DNA of 64,000 nucleotides from Folioceros fuciformis (Eukaryota): NCBI GenBank assembly GCA_049999805.1, contig JBNGIO010006282.1, positions 1 to 64,000 of the forward strand, read 5' to 3'. Shown piece by piece: positions 1 to 12,028 of this stretch (position 1 is its first letter; each line of letters starts with the position of its first letter). The notes under the pieces were generated by a model. It saw only the letters and a program-made list of their open reading frames with translations, ran no database searches and was not told where the DNA came from. The position numbers and the translations under genes were made by a program.

Positions 1-781
1 GTGTATTAATATTCTCTAGAACCAAATAGGCTTTTATTATCTTTAACCATATTATCTTGGGTAAAAATTAATTACAAAAATAATATTCATGCTACTTCGT
101 CCCATTTGAGTTTGAGCCCTTTATAAGTTGTTCCTCCTTAAGATTGGGGTAAATGGGGTTTCTCATCTTTCAAAAATATGTTTTCTTTTTTATTAATATT
201 TTCTTATTACATAATAATATTTACTAAGTACATTATATTGAGGTTTAATATTTTGAACAAGATTGTATAAATATAACAATTATATATGCAGATTTAATTC
301 ATCCCAAAGAAGTACAAGGATTTTCATTCAAAACAAAAAAATTGAGAGTATTGAAAACCATTGCACCAACAACAATTAGTGGGATTATCCTTGTCAAAAA
401 AAATTCGTATCACATAAAATTTTATGAATTTTATTTTAGTTATTCATATAAATATATTTACTCATGTACAGCATATGATTAGAGACTCTTTGATTAGTGG
501 AACTACCATTTTTGCTAGACATGAAGACTACAATAGAAAGAACCATTCAAAGATAGTTACTTGATTAATGTAACTGATAATTAAAAAATATACATGTAGC
601 TTGCTTTGATACATTAAGATGATAGGCACTATCTCTGTGGGATAAGGAGAATGTGAACAAAAACCTTGAAAGTCATGGAAGAGTTAGAGGAACTGATCAA
701 TTTGCACACATTGAAGTAGATGTAGTTACAGTATTGCCCTACAGTTAACTATGTTACAATGATGTTTTTCAGACTTTGAAT

Positions 782-1318
782 TCAACCAAAACAAGAACCA
801 TAGCAACTCCTAACTGCAGCTCTTGCAAAGGGAATGTAACTTAAACAATACCATCCAAGAGCTAAGACTTCACCCACAATGCAAATGATAGTCAAGATAA
901 AACTATGAAGATGCATGGAACAAAATAAAGCTGCACACAAGCTACCAATGTACATAAAGCTAGCAGATGCTCTATCTGGATCAAACATCATTTTACACTG
1001 TTTGGTTGGTCCCATAAGGAACATTGAGCTTGAAATTGCTAGTAAATTTCCTAATGTGAATGTGGAGGCAAAACGCTTTGGTGTGATGATCATGAATGTG
1101 GAAATAAATATGAAAAAAATACCTAACCCAAGACAAATTGCAAATCCATACAGTCTACTGGTACGTGACATATTGCAAGCTTGGCCGAGCTCATCCATGG
1201 TAGATTGCTCTTGAGGATTTACTGCATTGGAAGCCATACTTGCCATGCCTCGCATCTTGTCCATAGCTGAATCGCCGCCCCCAACACCAAATGCAGCAGC
1301 GGCAGCAAAGGAATCCAT
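782..1318 (-). CDS. SFT2: Got1/SFT2-like vesicle transport protein (SFT2D-type), intronless
   Basis: 178-aa ORF with four hydrophobic segments and family motifs RLYGFAIC, FTLGNLLAISSSMFLMGP.KQ..MM.DP.R and WYCLSYIPFAR. Confidence 0.9.
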   Translation of the reverse strand: MDSFAAAAAFGVGGGDSAMDKMRGMASMASNAVNPQEQSTMDELGQACNMSRTSRLYGFAICLGLGIFFIFISTFMIITPKRFASTFTLGNLLAISSSMFLMGPTKQCKMMFDPDRASASFMYIGSLCAALFCSMHLHSFILTIICIVGEVLALGWYCLSYIPFARAAVRSCYGSCFG

Positions 1319-1688
1319 TGGATTTCTTGGGGCAAATGCTTGAGGAGGATTTGTTCTTTAAAACATTCTTCTCAAGTTGTGAAGATTGTTTTGTTGATGA
1401 TGGTGTTAGTCTTCTTCATTGTGTTGGATTCGAAACCTTTCAAATTTTAGAAGAAGAGGTAGTGATTGAATTTGATTAAGTAGGTATGGCTTTATCTTCG
1501 GGCCAACCACTTTGGGTGCCCAAGATTTGTATATGCTTGATGCATTCTTTCCAAACATGACTTGATCAAATGGTTTTGCCCATTGTGAGAATGCTTATCA
1601 TGTCTGTTCAAAAAACACTAGTTTTGTCTTCTAATCCTTCCTTCCTCCATTCTTCTTCCGTCTCCTAAATGTGTTTCCTTCCTACACT

Positions 1689-2000
1689 CTGTTATAATCT
1701 TCTTTTCCCTCTTTCATTGCTTCATACTATTTGTTATAATCTGCTTTCCCTCTTTCATTCTTGTTGCTTCATACTGTTTGTTATAATCTGCTTTCCCTCT
1801 TTCATTCTCGTTGCTTCATACTGTTTGTTATAATCTGCTTTGCCTCTTTCATTCTTGTTACTTCATACTGTTTGTTATAATATACTTTCCCTCTTTCATT
1901 CTTGTTGCTTCATACTGTTTGTTATAATCTGCTTTGCCTCTTTCATTCTTGTTGCGTGATACTGATTGTTATAATATGCTTTGCCTCTTTCATTCTTGTT
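1689..2000. repeat. 47-bp tandem minisatellite, ~6.5 copies
   Basis: Unit ttgcttcatactgtttgttataatctgctttccctctttcattcttg repeated head-to-tail with few substitutions. Confidence 0.9.
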
Positions 2001-2219
2001 TGAAACACTAACACGCATGTCATGTTTAAAGTTTAACCATTTTCATAATGAAATCTTTAGTTACGCGTTACAAGAACTCCTTCGGACATTGGTTAGCGAA
2101 GCCCCCATCCCATGTTAGGGTCGGAATTTCCATTTTTCCAGGAACTTGAGGCCTTACATATTTCGTTGGGTAGAGCACAGAAAAGCAAGAGGGTAAGAGG
2201 GCAGGTTGGATCGATCAGG

Positions 2220-3969
2220 CTAGACTCTGGTGGCGTTCATGCTTCTCCAGAGTTTTTCTTTGAAAGTCCGTTCCACCTCAAACATGCTGGGTCTTAGCCT
2301 CTTGACACTATTCGTACAGCGTCTAGCAACTTCTAGCACAACCTGCAGCTCGGTGACATCCACTTCCTTGCCAAGCAAGGGATCCACAAGGGACAATGGG
2401 TCTTGAGAGGCAGAAATTTTGTGTGCCCAGGAGGACATGAGATCTTGTTCTGGAACACCCAACAGCAACTCCAACAGCACCACACCGTACGCGTGGATGT
2501 CCTCCTTTAGAGCAGATGCCCGAGGAGACTGCACCTCAGGCAGTCCTTGCGCGCTGCTCAACTTGGACAAATTTCCTGCAACTGCATCAGGTCTCATGAG
2601 CTTGAGCAAGCACCAGTCTCCCAGCTTAGCCGAGCAGGGTTCACGTAGGAAGATCTTGGATGACTTGATGCTGCCGTGCATGATCGGGGGGATCATGAAC
2701 TGGTGCAAATACTGCATGCCACATGCAACATCATATGCAATGCGCATTCGGTGCGCCCAGTTCAAGGCTGCTGCTGCTGCTGCTCCTTTGGAGCTGTGGA
2801 GCAGGTCGTATAGGCTTCCCTTCGGCATGTGCTCCAACACAACAATGTGCTCTCCTGCAAGATGGGCACACATCCAGTCAGAAACACCACATGAATCAGT
2901 CACCAGGGCTTGATGAAGTGTGTTAGTAATACCTACCTCTCTCTTGACAAAAGCCCAGTAGATCCACCAGACAAGGATGTTGCACTTTAGAAATCGACGA
3001 TGTTTCGATGTTGAAGTCTCCATCACAGCATCCACCCGAAATCTCCCTTTTCACAACGGCCCGAGTACTGTCCGGAAACCGAGCTATATAAGATTCCCAA
3101 AATTCATCCTTCCCCACCAGGGTAGTGAACTGGCTTGTTGCACGCTCCAGCTCTTCGTAACCAAACATGCGCAGCCTACTGGGCGTGTCACTCTCTGCTG
3201 AACGACAGGAAAACGGACCGCTCTTCTCGATAAGTCTGGTGAGCTCCGAGGTCTTCTGAGCTCGGTACTTATGCCAAAACAGCCACAACAAGACTCCAAA
3301 CACAAGTGCCAACGCCCAGCCCAAGGAGGCAGCAACAGCAAGACCCACAATCAAAAACATGTGCAAATCAAACCCTCTGCGCCCCTCCCCTTCTTCTCCC
3401 TCCCCACGAGATCTCAAGCTCCGATCCTGCAACACATATGCTTCCCCAACCCCTTCTTCCCTTCCTGCTACCAAGAGTGTGAAGCTCATCCCAGGTGCAA
3501 CCTCGGCTAGTGTCAGATTCGCAGCATCGCCCGATTTCTGCACAACCTTCACGACCATGGTTTTCCCGCCAGTAATTTCAGACGGCCCGTGCTCAAACAT
3601 CCTCCGCTTGAAAACCCACCTCTGGCTCTCAATCTGACTGCAAGAACTAAGAACCAAGCTAAAACACCCAGCATTGCCCCGCACGGCTTCCACACAGAGC
3701 GTTCCATCTGTCTCCAAAGACAAAGACCCCGCACCAACGTCGTACCTCCAACGCTCCGCGACCTTTCCCGCCCAGCAGGGAGCCAGATACACAGCACCGC
3801 CCACTTTGACACTACCCACTTTCAAACACCAGGCATCCCCCAATTCAAGGCCTTCAGCAACAACCCAACTCCAGGCCGCGCACGTCTGCGACCAGCCGCT
3901 CCAGCCCAGCAACACCAGTAGTCCCAGAGCCGCAACCCTGAGCATCCGAGCGATCCGCAGCCAGCCCAT
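2220..3969 (-). CDS. Receptor-like pseudokinase with ricin-B (R-type lectin)-like ectodomain; 2 exons (3969-2937, 2854-2220)
   Basis: Signal peptide, then two C-x(n)-C-x(n)-(E/Q)RW repeats, a TM helix (FLIVGLAVAASLGWALALVFGVLLWLFW) and an RLK/Pelle-type kinase fold (F.YEEL..AT..F, LNW..RMRIA.DVA.G..YLH, DI.AYGVVLLELL.G, RPSM.EV). An 82-bp GT-AG intron at 2936-2855 joins GFCQER to GEHIVV in frame. Confidence 0.85.
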
Positions 3970-5823
3970 CAACCCACCACCACATGTCTATCATGTGGCA
4001 TGAACAAATCTCTTCCCACCACGCCTTCTCCCAATCTTGATCTCCGCCATGAAGCTCAGCTCGTCCCCTGAGCATCAGCACCTTACTTGCGCTGCGCAAC
4101 GGCAAACTGCGTCGTCCCTCGGCTGTCCCAGTCCCGATACTTCCAAGGCTCGTGAGTGTCGCTATGCCCATCGCTCTTCACGGCACACGGCTGTTACAGC
4201 CTGCGTGTACGACAGGAACGACAGCAGAGGCTGCTGCTTGTGCTGAGGGCCTGGGCCTAGGCTGGTCCCAGCCACGCTCTGCCGAGGGGCCCAGGTCCCA
4301 GCCACCAGATTGTTGTGCTATGCAGATCCACACATCGATGGTATAGGCCGGCACATGTACATACATAGATGGTAACCAGACCCATGATCTTTTTGTTACA
4401 TTCCACAAGCTCTGACTGCACGATGACTTCCCACTTCTCAACTTAATCCTACTTCACTCATTGTTGGAAAACAAGCAGTCGTGTATCTCTAAACAAAACG
4501 TCGTCCCCCCTTCCCTTCATCCCGCATGTGTTTCTCCACCTCTCATGCCTCACCATAAGTCCATGAGCAGCAAACATTTCCAAGAATTGCAATCCACACT
4601 CTAAAGTTCCTTTGTTTTGGTTATGTGCAATTACTTGAAAGGTTAGACAATGTTGCTTTCAGTCTACATTCGTCATTGATTTAGTTTTCACTCTTGAATG
4701 ACCATGGCAATGACAAAATTTGTCATCATTCTCAGTTGTTCTCCTTCTCTTGCTGCTGCTTATGGCAATCATATTAAAAGCATCAAAGATTAAAACACTC
4801 GCTTCAATCACTTACAATTCAATCACCTCCAACAAATTTTACATGAGGAGCAATATGTGTAATGTGTTCTCTTACCAGCGTGGTGTTGTGTGGATCATTT
4901 AAGTCAAGTACATGACCAATGTATCCTTGCACAACTAGAGGAACTGAAAAAGCTTTAATCTAGAATTTATAAAATAGGTTGTATGCTGTAACTAATGTGA
5001 AGGTTGTGTGGATTCAATGTTGAAAAGTAACATAGACTATGTTATGTCTTTTTAGCAGTTGTTTTGTCCATCAAAAAATTTTGTTCATTCAATTTATCAT
5101 GTAGTGATTTTATCGTAGAACACAAAACATGGGCTCATTCAATACTTCAAGCTCCCTTCTCTTTGAAACATAGGGAGCTCTACAATTTTCCAAAAAATAG
5201 ATTTGTGAATTTTCGATTACCTATCAAAGTTAAACCCTAATACCCATTCTTTGGCATAGAAAAACAACTCCAAGTCTCTATTACTAGGGGCATTGTTTTT
5301 TGTCTGGGCCAATGATCCTACCGATGAATTACCACATACTCCGATTTGTATGGAGCACATTTGATCATTATCTCTATATTAAATAATTCTCCAATTAGTT
5401 GCCTTTGAGGCATATTCACCATTCAAAGTACCTTTGAGAATGGCCAAAAGTTGGTGAGACCTAAACCATATTAACAGGAGTGCCTTTGTTAATATGTTAC
5501 CCCCTACCCTTATGTCGAGAGGAACCTCCTTCATTACACACTAGATAATCACTACTTGTATTGCTAGCTAGCAATACAAGTCTCAATATAATGAAGTACT
5601 ATAGTACTCTAGTTGTAAATGATCTCACATGGAATTGTGACCAAGTTCCAATGGTTGATGTAGTTGAAAATCATCCCATATACAATTGTAATACGGTTTC
5701 AATGGTAGATGTGGTTGTAAACGATCCCACATGCGATTGCGATTAGGTGTTCCTTGTAAACAGTGCCACATGGGACTTGTAGATGTAACCAAACTATGAA
5801 GTTTGAACTTCGCAATCCAAAGG

Positions 5824-6003
5824 GTAGACATGTTAATCCCTGTTGTAGTCTATTTCTTCTTCTTTAATTAACTCATGTTCTCGGACCCCGACGCAAGTTT
5901 CAAGCTTGACCATGTAGACATGTTAATCTCTATTGTAGTCTATTTCCTCTTCTTTACTTAACTCATGTTCTCGGACCCCGACTCAAGTTTCAAGCCAGAC
6001 CAT
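5824..6003. repeat. 90-bp tandem duplication
   Basis: gtagacatgttaatc...ctcggaccccga..caagtttcaagc..gaccat occurs at 5824 and 5914. Confidence 0.85.
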
Positions 6004-9000
6004 GCAGGACAACTTGAATGGACTACGGTAGACTAACAGCCGGCAAAGTCGAAGGTACGCCAACTAGAGGTTAGGTTGAGGTGGCTCACTCTCAGTTTGC
6101 CAAGCTATCTAGTACTGACAATGTCAGTAGAGAGAAGCGTAACCACCGTCAAATAGTTGGGGGGTAAGCTAATGTTTCAGAGTAAACAACTTACTCAAGG
6201 CTACAATGTCGACCGATTTTGCTCCCTCTCTTTGCCTACCCATCCCCTCGACTTGCACCCTGGTGGTGCCATTCGTTCTACGCGCCCTCGCGCTCTTGTC
6301 TTCTTGCTCCACCTTTTCTCCTCTTCCTCCCACTCCCCTAACTCCTCTTCAGTGGTTGTAGCAAACTTCTTGCTCTCTTTCCCCCTTCTTTTCTTGCTCT
6401 GTTGTGCAAATGGCGCTATGATAGTTTCTGGAGGCTAGCAACCGATGGTGGATGAACAAAGACCACATCTAAGTGTGGGCCTACCCAACTTTGCATCTTG
6501 GCTCAAGGTATCAGGGAACAATCGGGATACAAGGATTCACGTGATAGCTAGGCTAATCCTCAAATGGCTTTTGCTTTCGAGGATGGACCATATTGTTGAT
6601 GGGGTCATGATTCTTCTTTATGGGTTAGCATAGGGTTCTCTCAGGGATTGGGGAAAGGTGGTCGCTCACTAGATGTAGGTGGACGTCCGAAGAATGTGGC
6701 ATGAGAAGCCCTGGGGCTCATTCCATTTCTCTACCACATCTGGAGGCACTTTAATGCCCTAAAGGAAGTGGAACAACTTGTGGTTACTAGATGCGACATT
6801 TAGGCCCGCCTAACTCCGGCAGCAATAGCCCCACTCCAGCCAGAACATAGGAAAGTGGCCTCCTAGTGCGACAATCGATATAGCCACCCTCCCAACCCAT
6901 ACCTCTACAGGTGATGGAGTCCACCTTGCTAGAGGAAGCAGTTGGCGAGGCACAAAGGGAACCCACCTCTCCAACGATGCAAACATCCACTCCTAGCATG
7001 CCACCAAACTCACATCCGCGTCAAAATCACAAGATGCACCTGCCCCAATAACTGGAGGCTCTCCCTCCAAACAAAGATTAGCTAGCTTGGCGATTGCAGT
7101 GGACCCCAAGTGGGTCCAAATACAGAGTTCACCCCCTCCAACAAGTCCAAAGCTAGATGACCTACTAGTAACCCAACCCCTACCATTTGTGACATTTATC
7201 ACTCAGAAATTGTAAACCTTCAAATTTTGGGGCACTTGTTCGGTTTGGATGAAAAAAAAGTCATATGCGGCTTAGTACCATTTTCTTTTTTCTTCTTATT
7301 TTTTTCTTATTTTAAAAATTTTTAGGCCATTTTTAATCTTTTTCCTTCTGCTAATTTAGTTAATTGACCAAGAAATGGTTGGTGTGGTCAATAGAATGGG
7401 TGGAGGGTTGGTACAAGGCTTGAAGAAATTTAGCTTTGGTACCAAACCCTAGGTCTGGTTAGGTCCGGACATAGGTTTGGTTTAGGCCTAGTAATAATAT
7501 TTATTTATTTATTTATTAAAAATATTTAAATAAGTAAATAATGGAAATGATTAAATAATGGTTTGAACATTGTCATACATGAAAAATAGTAGAAAAAAAA
7601 ATAGAGGGTTAAAAAGAAAAGGGAATGTGCGGGGCAGGACAGGTAGTGCCAAGAGTAGGGTTGCGGGCACGGGCGCACTGGTGGGGTGAGTACCAGCGAG
7701 GGGAAGGGATTGGAGGGCGCTAGCATTAGAGGGGAGGGGCTAGGATCTGAGGACTGTCCTACGCGTGACTAGAGCTAGAGAGAAGCCCCCAAACCTATCA
7801 TGAAGCTGGTGTGTGTTGTGAGGTGTGACTACTCGAAGGAATACAATCCTTGGTAGGTATTCCTAAGAGTTGGCAAGATATTGTGGGATGTGTGAGTAAA
7901 AAGTTTGACCCTCCATGCATAGCAGTGAGGAACTCCATCACTTCTTTATGGGAATAAAACCCAATGTCTCAACAAAAGTGGGATAAGTATGGACACTAGA
8001 GGTCCAACTCCTCGGCTGACAAGTGCTCAAGGTTTTGCTACTACAAGAATAGGCAAAACACATCGACCTGCTCTGGTTGGCAGCCCAACTGGACTACAAC
8101 AAAAAGCACGGCATCGGAGTCTCAAGAGTCAAGAGACCTCCATCTCCACATGATCAGAAGAAAGCGAGAGGATTAAGGTCCAAGCCATCGCTACCTACTA
8201 CCTGGGGTGATTTTGACCCCAGCCTTAAGGCCCATTGACGAGTAGAGGGATTGGAGGAGGTACCTACCCTAATCAATCATCCTTGAGGACCTAATCCACA
8301 GCAAAATCACTAACCTAAAAGCCATGTGGAAGGTCCACTGTGCTTCTTTGTTAAGAGCACGACTACTTGATCCTAGGCAGTTCTATGATGGTACAACTAT
8401 GGAGGGAGTGACCCATTCAGCCCAAGGGGCATGGTTACAATGGCAGAAGGATTGGTCTGATCCTTCTCTTTAGTGCTCACTCAGGCAAGAAGAAAATGTG
8501 GCTTTCCACTAGCAGATGATGGAGTTGGCAAAGGGACTAACAATCCTTTGTGATAGAACGGTGGATGTCATAGTTGGACTTTGAGAAGAGTCCAATCGAC
8601 TTTGAAAGGAGTCTGAGTGGTTGCGGGAGAAGTGCGACCGCACTGCTCAAGAAGCCATGAAGACACAAGTCTCTATGATGAAGCTCTAGAAAGAGGCCAT
8701 TGGCTTGGTGTGGGAGAAATTAAAGCAGAGCTTGTAACACATCTTGAGGTGGCAGCATGGGTGGCGTGGATCGATGAAGAAGAACATGCTCGTGTCCAAC
8801 GAGAGGAGGAGGTGTGGACTCTCCAAGAGGGGAGGGTGGCTTGAGCCAAAGAGATGGAGGCAACACATGCCCAAGAGTGTGTCATTTGGGCATAGCGGGA
8901 ATCCAAGATGTAGGAGGCCCGTAGAAGACATGACATATTTATTGTAAAAGGGGTTTCTCCATGGTTTTTGGGTCTCACGGAAAATCCAAACTTTTTTGCT

Positions 9001-10014
9001 TGATGTAGTATCTTTCCTTTTCTTTAGACTAATTTGTTGGTGTTCACTAATTATGAAGACCGAGACCACAAGTGAGAAAGAAATTGGTTCCGAGACACAC
9101 ATGAGAGTTTGACTCAGGAGGTAGTAGAAGCTCCCAAATAGGCAGAGGATAGATAAGCTTACCTCCAGAGCTTGCAAGCAGCTAAGAGGGTGGCTCAATA
9201 CACGATGAGGACTTTGAGGGCTGATATTGCATACCCTCATCCACAAGAACCACCAAAAGCATATGTGGCTATAGGAGGTTGAGAGGATGGGGCTAGGTTA
9301 GTGGATGCTCAAGCTTTAGAAGAACAATAGGGATCTTTGCACAAGCATAAGGGAGTCGGATCACTGCAGCTCCAAGGTATATATTAGCCTATTAAAGATG
9401 TAGCGTCAATTAGTGTTCCAAGCTCAAGCTTCGAGAAAGAGGGCGAGCGACCTCAATAGCTTTGGAAGAAATCTGGAGGTACGTGGAGGGAGTGAAAGCA
9501 CAACATGCTAGCCTACAACTAAAGGCTCAATAACGATAGGAGTACTGTGCACTTCCAAGGATGGTAACGGACACCATCAAGCAAGTGGAAGACAACTTCA
9601 TCTTTTACCACTAGGAGATTGTTCGGGTTCTACAAGAATTTGTAGAGGAAGTTAAGCTAATTGCCACCAATGGAGGACCTGTCGGTCCTACCCTCGCCCT
9701 GCCTAGGGCATTGATTGCATCAGAAGGCTCCAACCCTAGGTAGTTGTCCCAATGTGGAGAAGACCCATGTCATCGCCCTCCGTCCAGTTAGTAGAGATGG
9801 GCTCACACGAAGGATTAGCGGTAATGTCAATTACCTTTGGCAGAGAGGAGTCTCCACCTACCAATACCACAATAGCTAAGGTGTAGCCAAAGGACCCACC
9901 ATTGCCGACTTCATACACCACTAATTCTGCCCCACAATGGCATAACGTGGCTGCTAGCAGAGCCACATAGGATGGGAGAAAAGATTAGAGTGTGTGGAGG
10001 TTGGACCACAAAGG

Positions 10015-10264
10015 TAGAGTAGGCTAGATAGTTTCTCGTAGGTGTCATTATTTTGCTTGTTGGGAGAGTAGGCCAGATAGTTTTTTTTTGTAGGTCTCAT
10101 TATTTTGCTTGTTGGGAGAGCAGGCTAGATAGTTTCTTGTAGGTCTCATTATTTCGCTTGTTGGGAGAGTAGGCTAGATAGTTTCTTGTAGGTCTCATTA
10201 TTTCACTTGTTGGGAGAGTAGGCTAGATAGTTTCTTTTAGGTCTCATTATTTTGCTTGTTGGGA
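10015..10264. repeat. ~49-bp tandem minisatellite, 5 copies
   Basis: Unit ggctagatagtttcttgtaggtctcattattttgcttgttgggagagta. Confidence 0.9.
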
Positions 10265-12028
10265 CCTAAGGCGTAGGACTGTATAAGAAGACTCGTTTGG
10301 GATCGAGAGAATGTTTGCAAAAGCCATTTGCTTGTAATCTCGGGGCAATAGACGAACTATATGCTTCTTTCCCCCTTCATCTTGTCGCCCATGCTAAACA
10401 TTTTTCCCCACCAAGTCCTTCGTTGTCTTTGCGGCTGTATCTCATTGTGGACTGGACCTGTAGACCTCGGCAATGGAGCTGACCGGACCTGTAGACCTCG
10501 GCAATGAAGCTGTTGCTGAGTCTTTTGACAGAGTCCACTAAGGAATCATCGGTGGAGTCTACGAAGAAGTACTTCTCTTAGCGGTTGAAAACGACGACTT
10601 GTTCGTGCCTCCAATACTCATGGGGATGAACTCCAGGAGTAGCACTATAATGACTATGCAGTGTGTGGCCGTGACTATGGGTTTGTGCTCCACTTGGTAC
10701 TCGGGCCAGGTTTAGTGCTATTGGGTGGGTTCAGTAAACCTATTGAACTTTTTCTTTTCTTTATTTTCTTCCATAGTACCTATTTCTGTTCCACATGACT
10801 CCCTCTACAAGCACGTTTAAAACCTCTTGGTTAGGCAGCAAATGGGTGCACATTGCTTAAGATCCATTGATACTCCCCAATGCAAGTTGAATATACCTTC
10901 ATTTCCTTTGCTATTGAGACATATGGGGCCATGTGCAAGGCATTCTCGAAGTTTCTTTAGACATGTGCCTAGGTATAGCTAGAAGAAAGAATAGAGTTGG
11001 CCTCCCTCTATCTTACATAGTGGCCCTCTAGTATTAGTGGGTGTCCATCACCCTATAAGGGAAAGCTCGTAAAATGGAGTTGGTCTCTCTCTATCCTATA
11101 GAATTGTCTTCTCTTGACAATGGGTATTTATCACCCTACAAAAGATGTTGACAAACATAGTTTACAAGATGACGAGAATAGGTGTTCATCACCTTAGGAT
11201 GCTAACAAAAGTAGTTTAGAAGATGAGGACAATAGGAGTCCATCAAAAGTAGTTTATAAGATGATGGCAATAGGTGTCACACTCCATCAAAGTAGTTGAT
11301 AGGATGACGGATAGTGGGCGCCATCATCCTCGTAGGCTTGCAAACACAATTTACAAGATGATGTTGTGCATAGGAGAAGGAGCATAAACAATCTTAGATG
11401 GAAGGTAGACTCTTTTACCTCCTAGATTATGATACATTGACTAATCCTCTTTGGCTGGTCACTTTTGCTAATAGTTTCCACTTTTTCTAAAGATGAACTT
11501 TTTCATTTTTTTTGAATAAAGTATGCAATTCTCTCTAATTTCCTTTTTACTAGTATTCAAACTTTGCGTGGCGTTTGTTCTTGGAACTGCAGTCGGGAGA
11601 AATATGTATGTACAATATAGGAACGTAGATACCTAGTCTGGGTAGCTAGCTATTTGCCTTGCGCAGGCAGGGCCCTGAATGTTATGCTACATGTACAGTA
11701 CATGAATACAAGTAACTGTACGTTTGGTGGCGGGCGGGACCCACGGTAGTAGGCACACGATATGCTGTGAATTCCAAAGAAAGAAAGCGGTGTTGCGACA
11801 CCCGGAGGGATTGCGTGCCGCACTGTCTGGCCAACACCCACTTCACTCATTTCGGTGGCAGGTGCTAGACTCGTCGATTGGAACCAGCCCAGTTCGGCCT
11901 TCCAACCCGGCACCCAGCTTTGCTTCCTCCCGGAGCTTGCACGCGCACTTCACTCGTGTATGGTTGGCAGGGACAGATCCAGGGGGAACAATTCGATTCA
12001 AACTATGGCTGGGTCGTGAGTGAGTGAA

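Larger units (their letters stand above)
5400..11400. other. Degenerate repeat / transposon-remnant tract with no intact gene
   Basis: Only short stop-riddled ORFs, several local duplications and minisatellites, and frequent CTAG/TAG. No diagnostic TE motif was recognised. Confidence 0.4.

Noticed and set aside
1689-2000. Regularly spaced repeats as a possible CRISPR array (also 10015, 28732, 57180)
   Set aside because: Units are contiguous with no unique spacers, there are no cas genes, and the context is eukaryotic.
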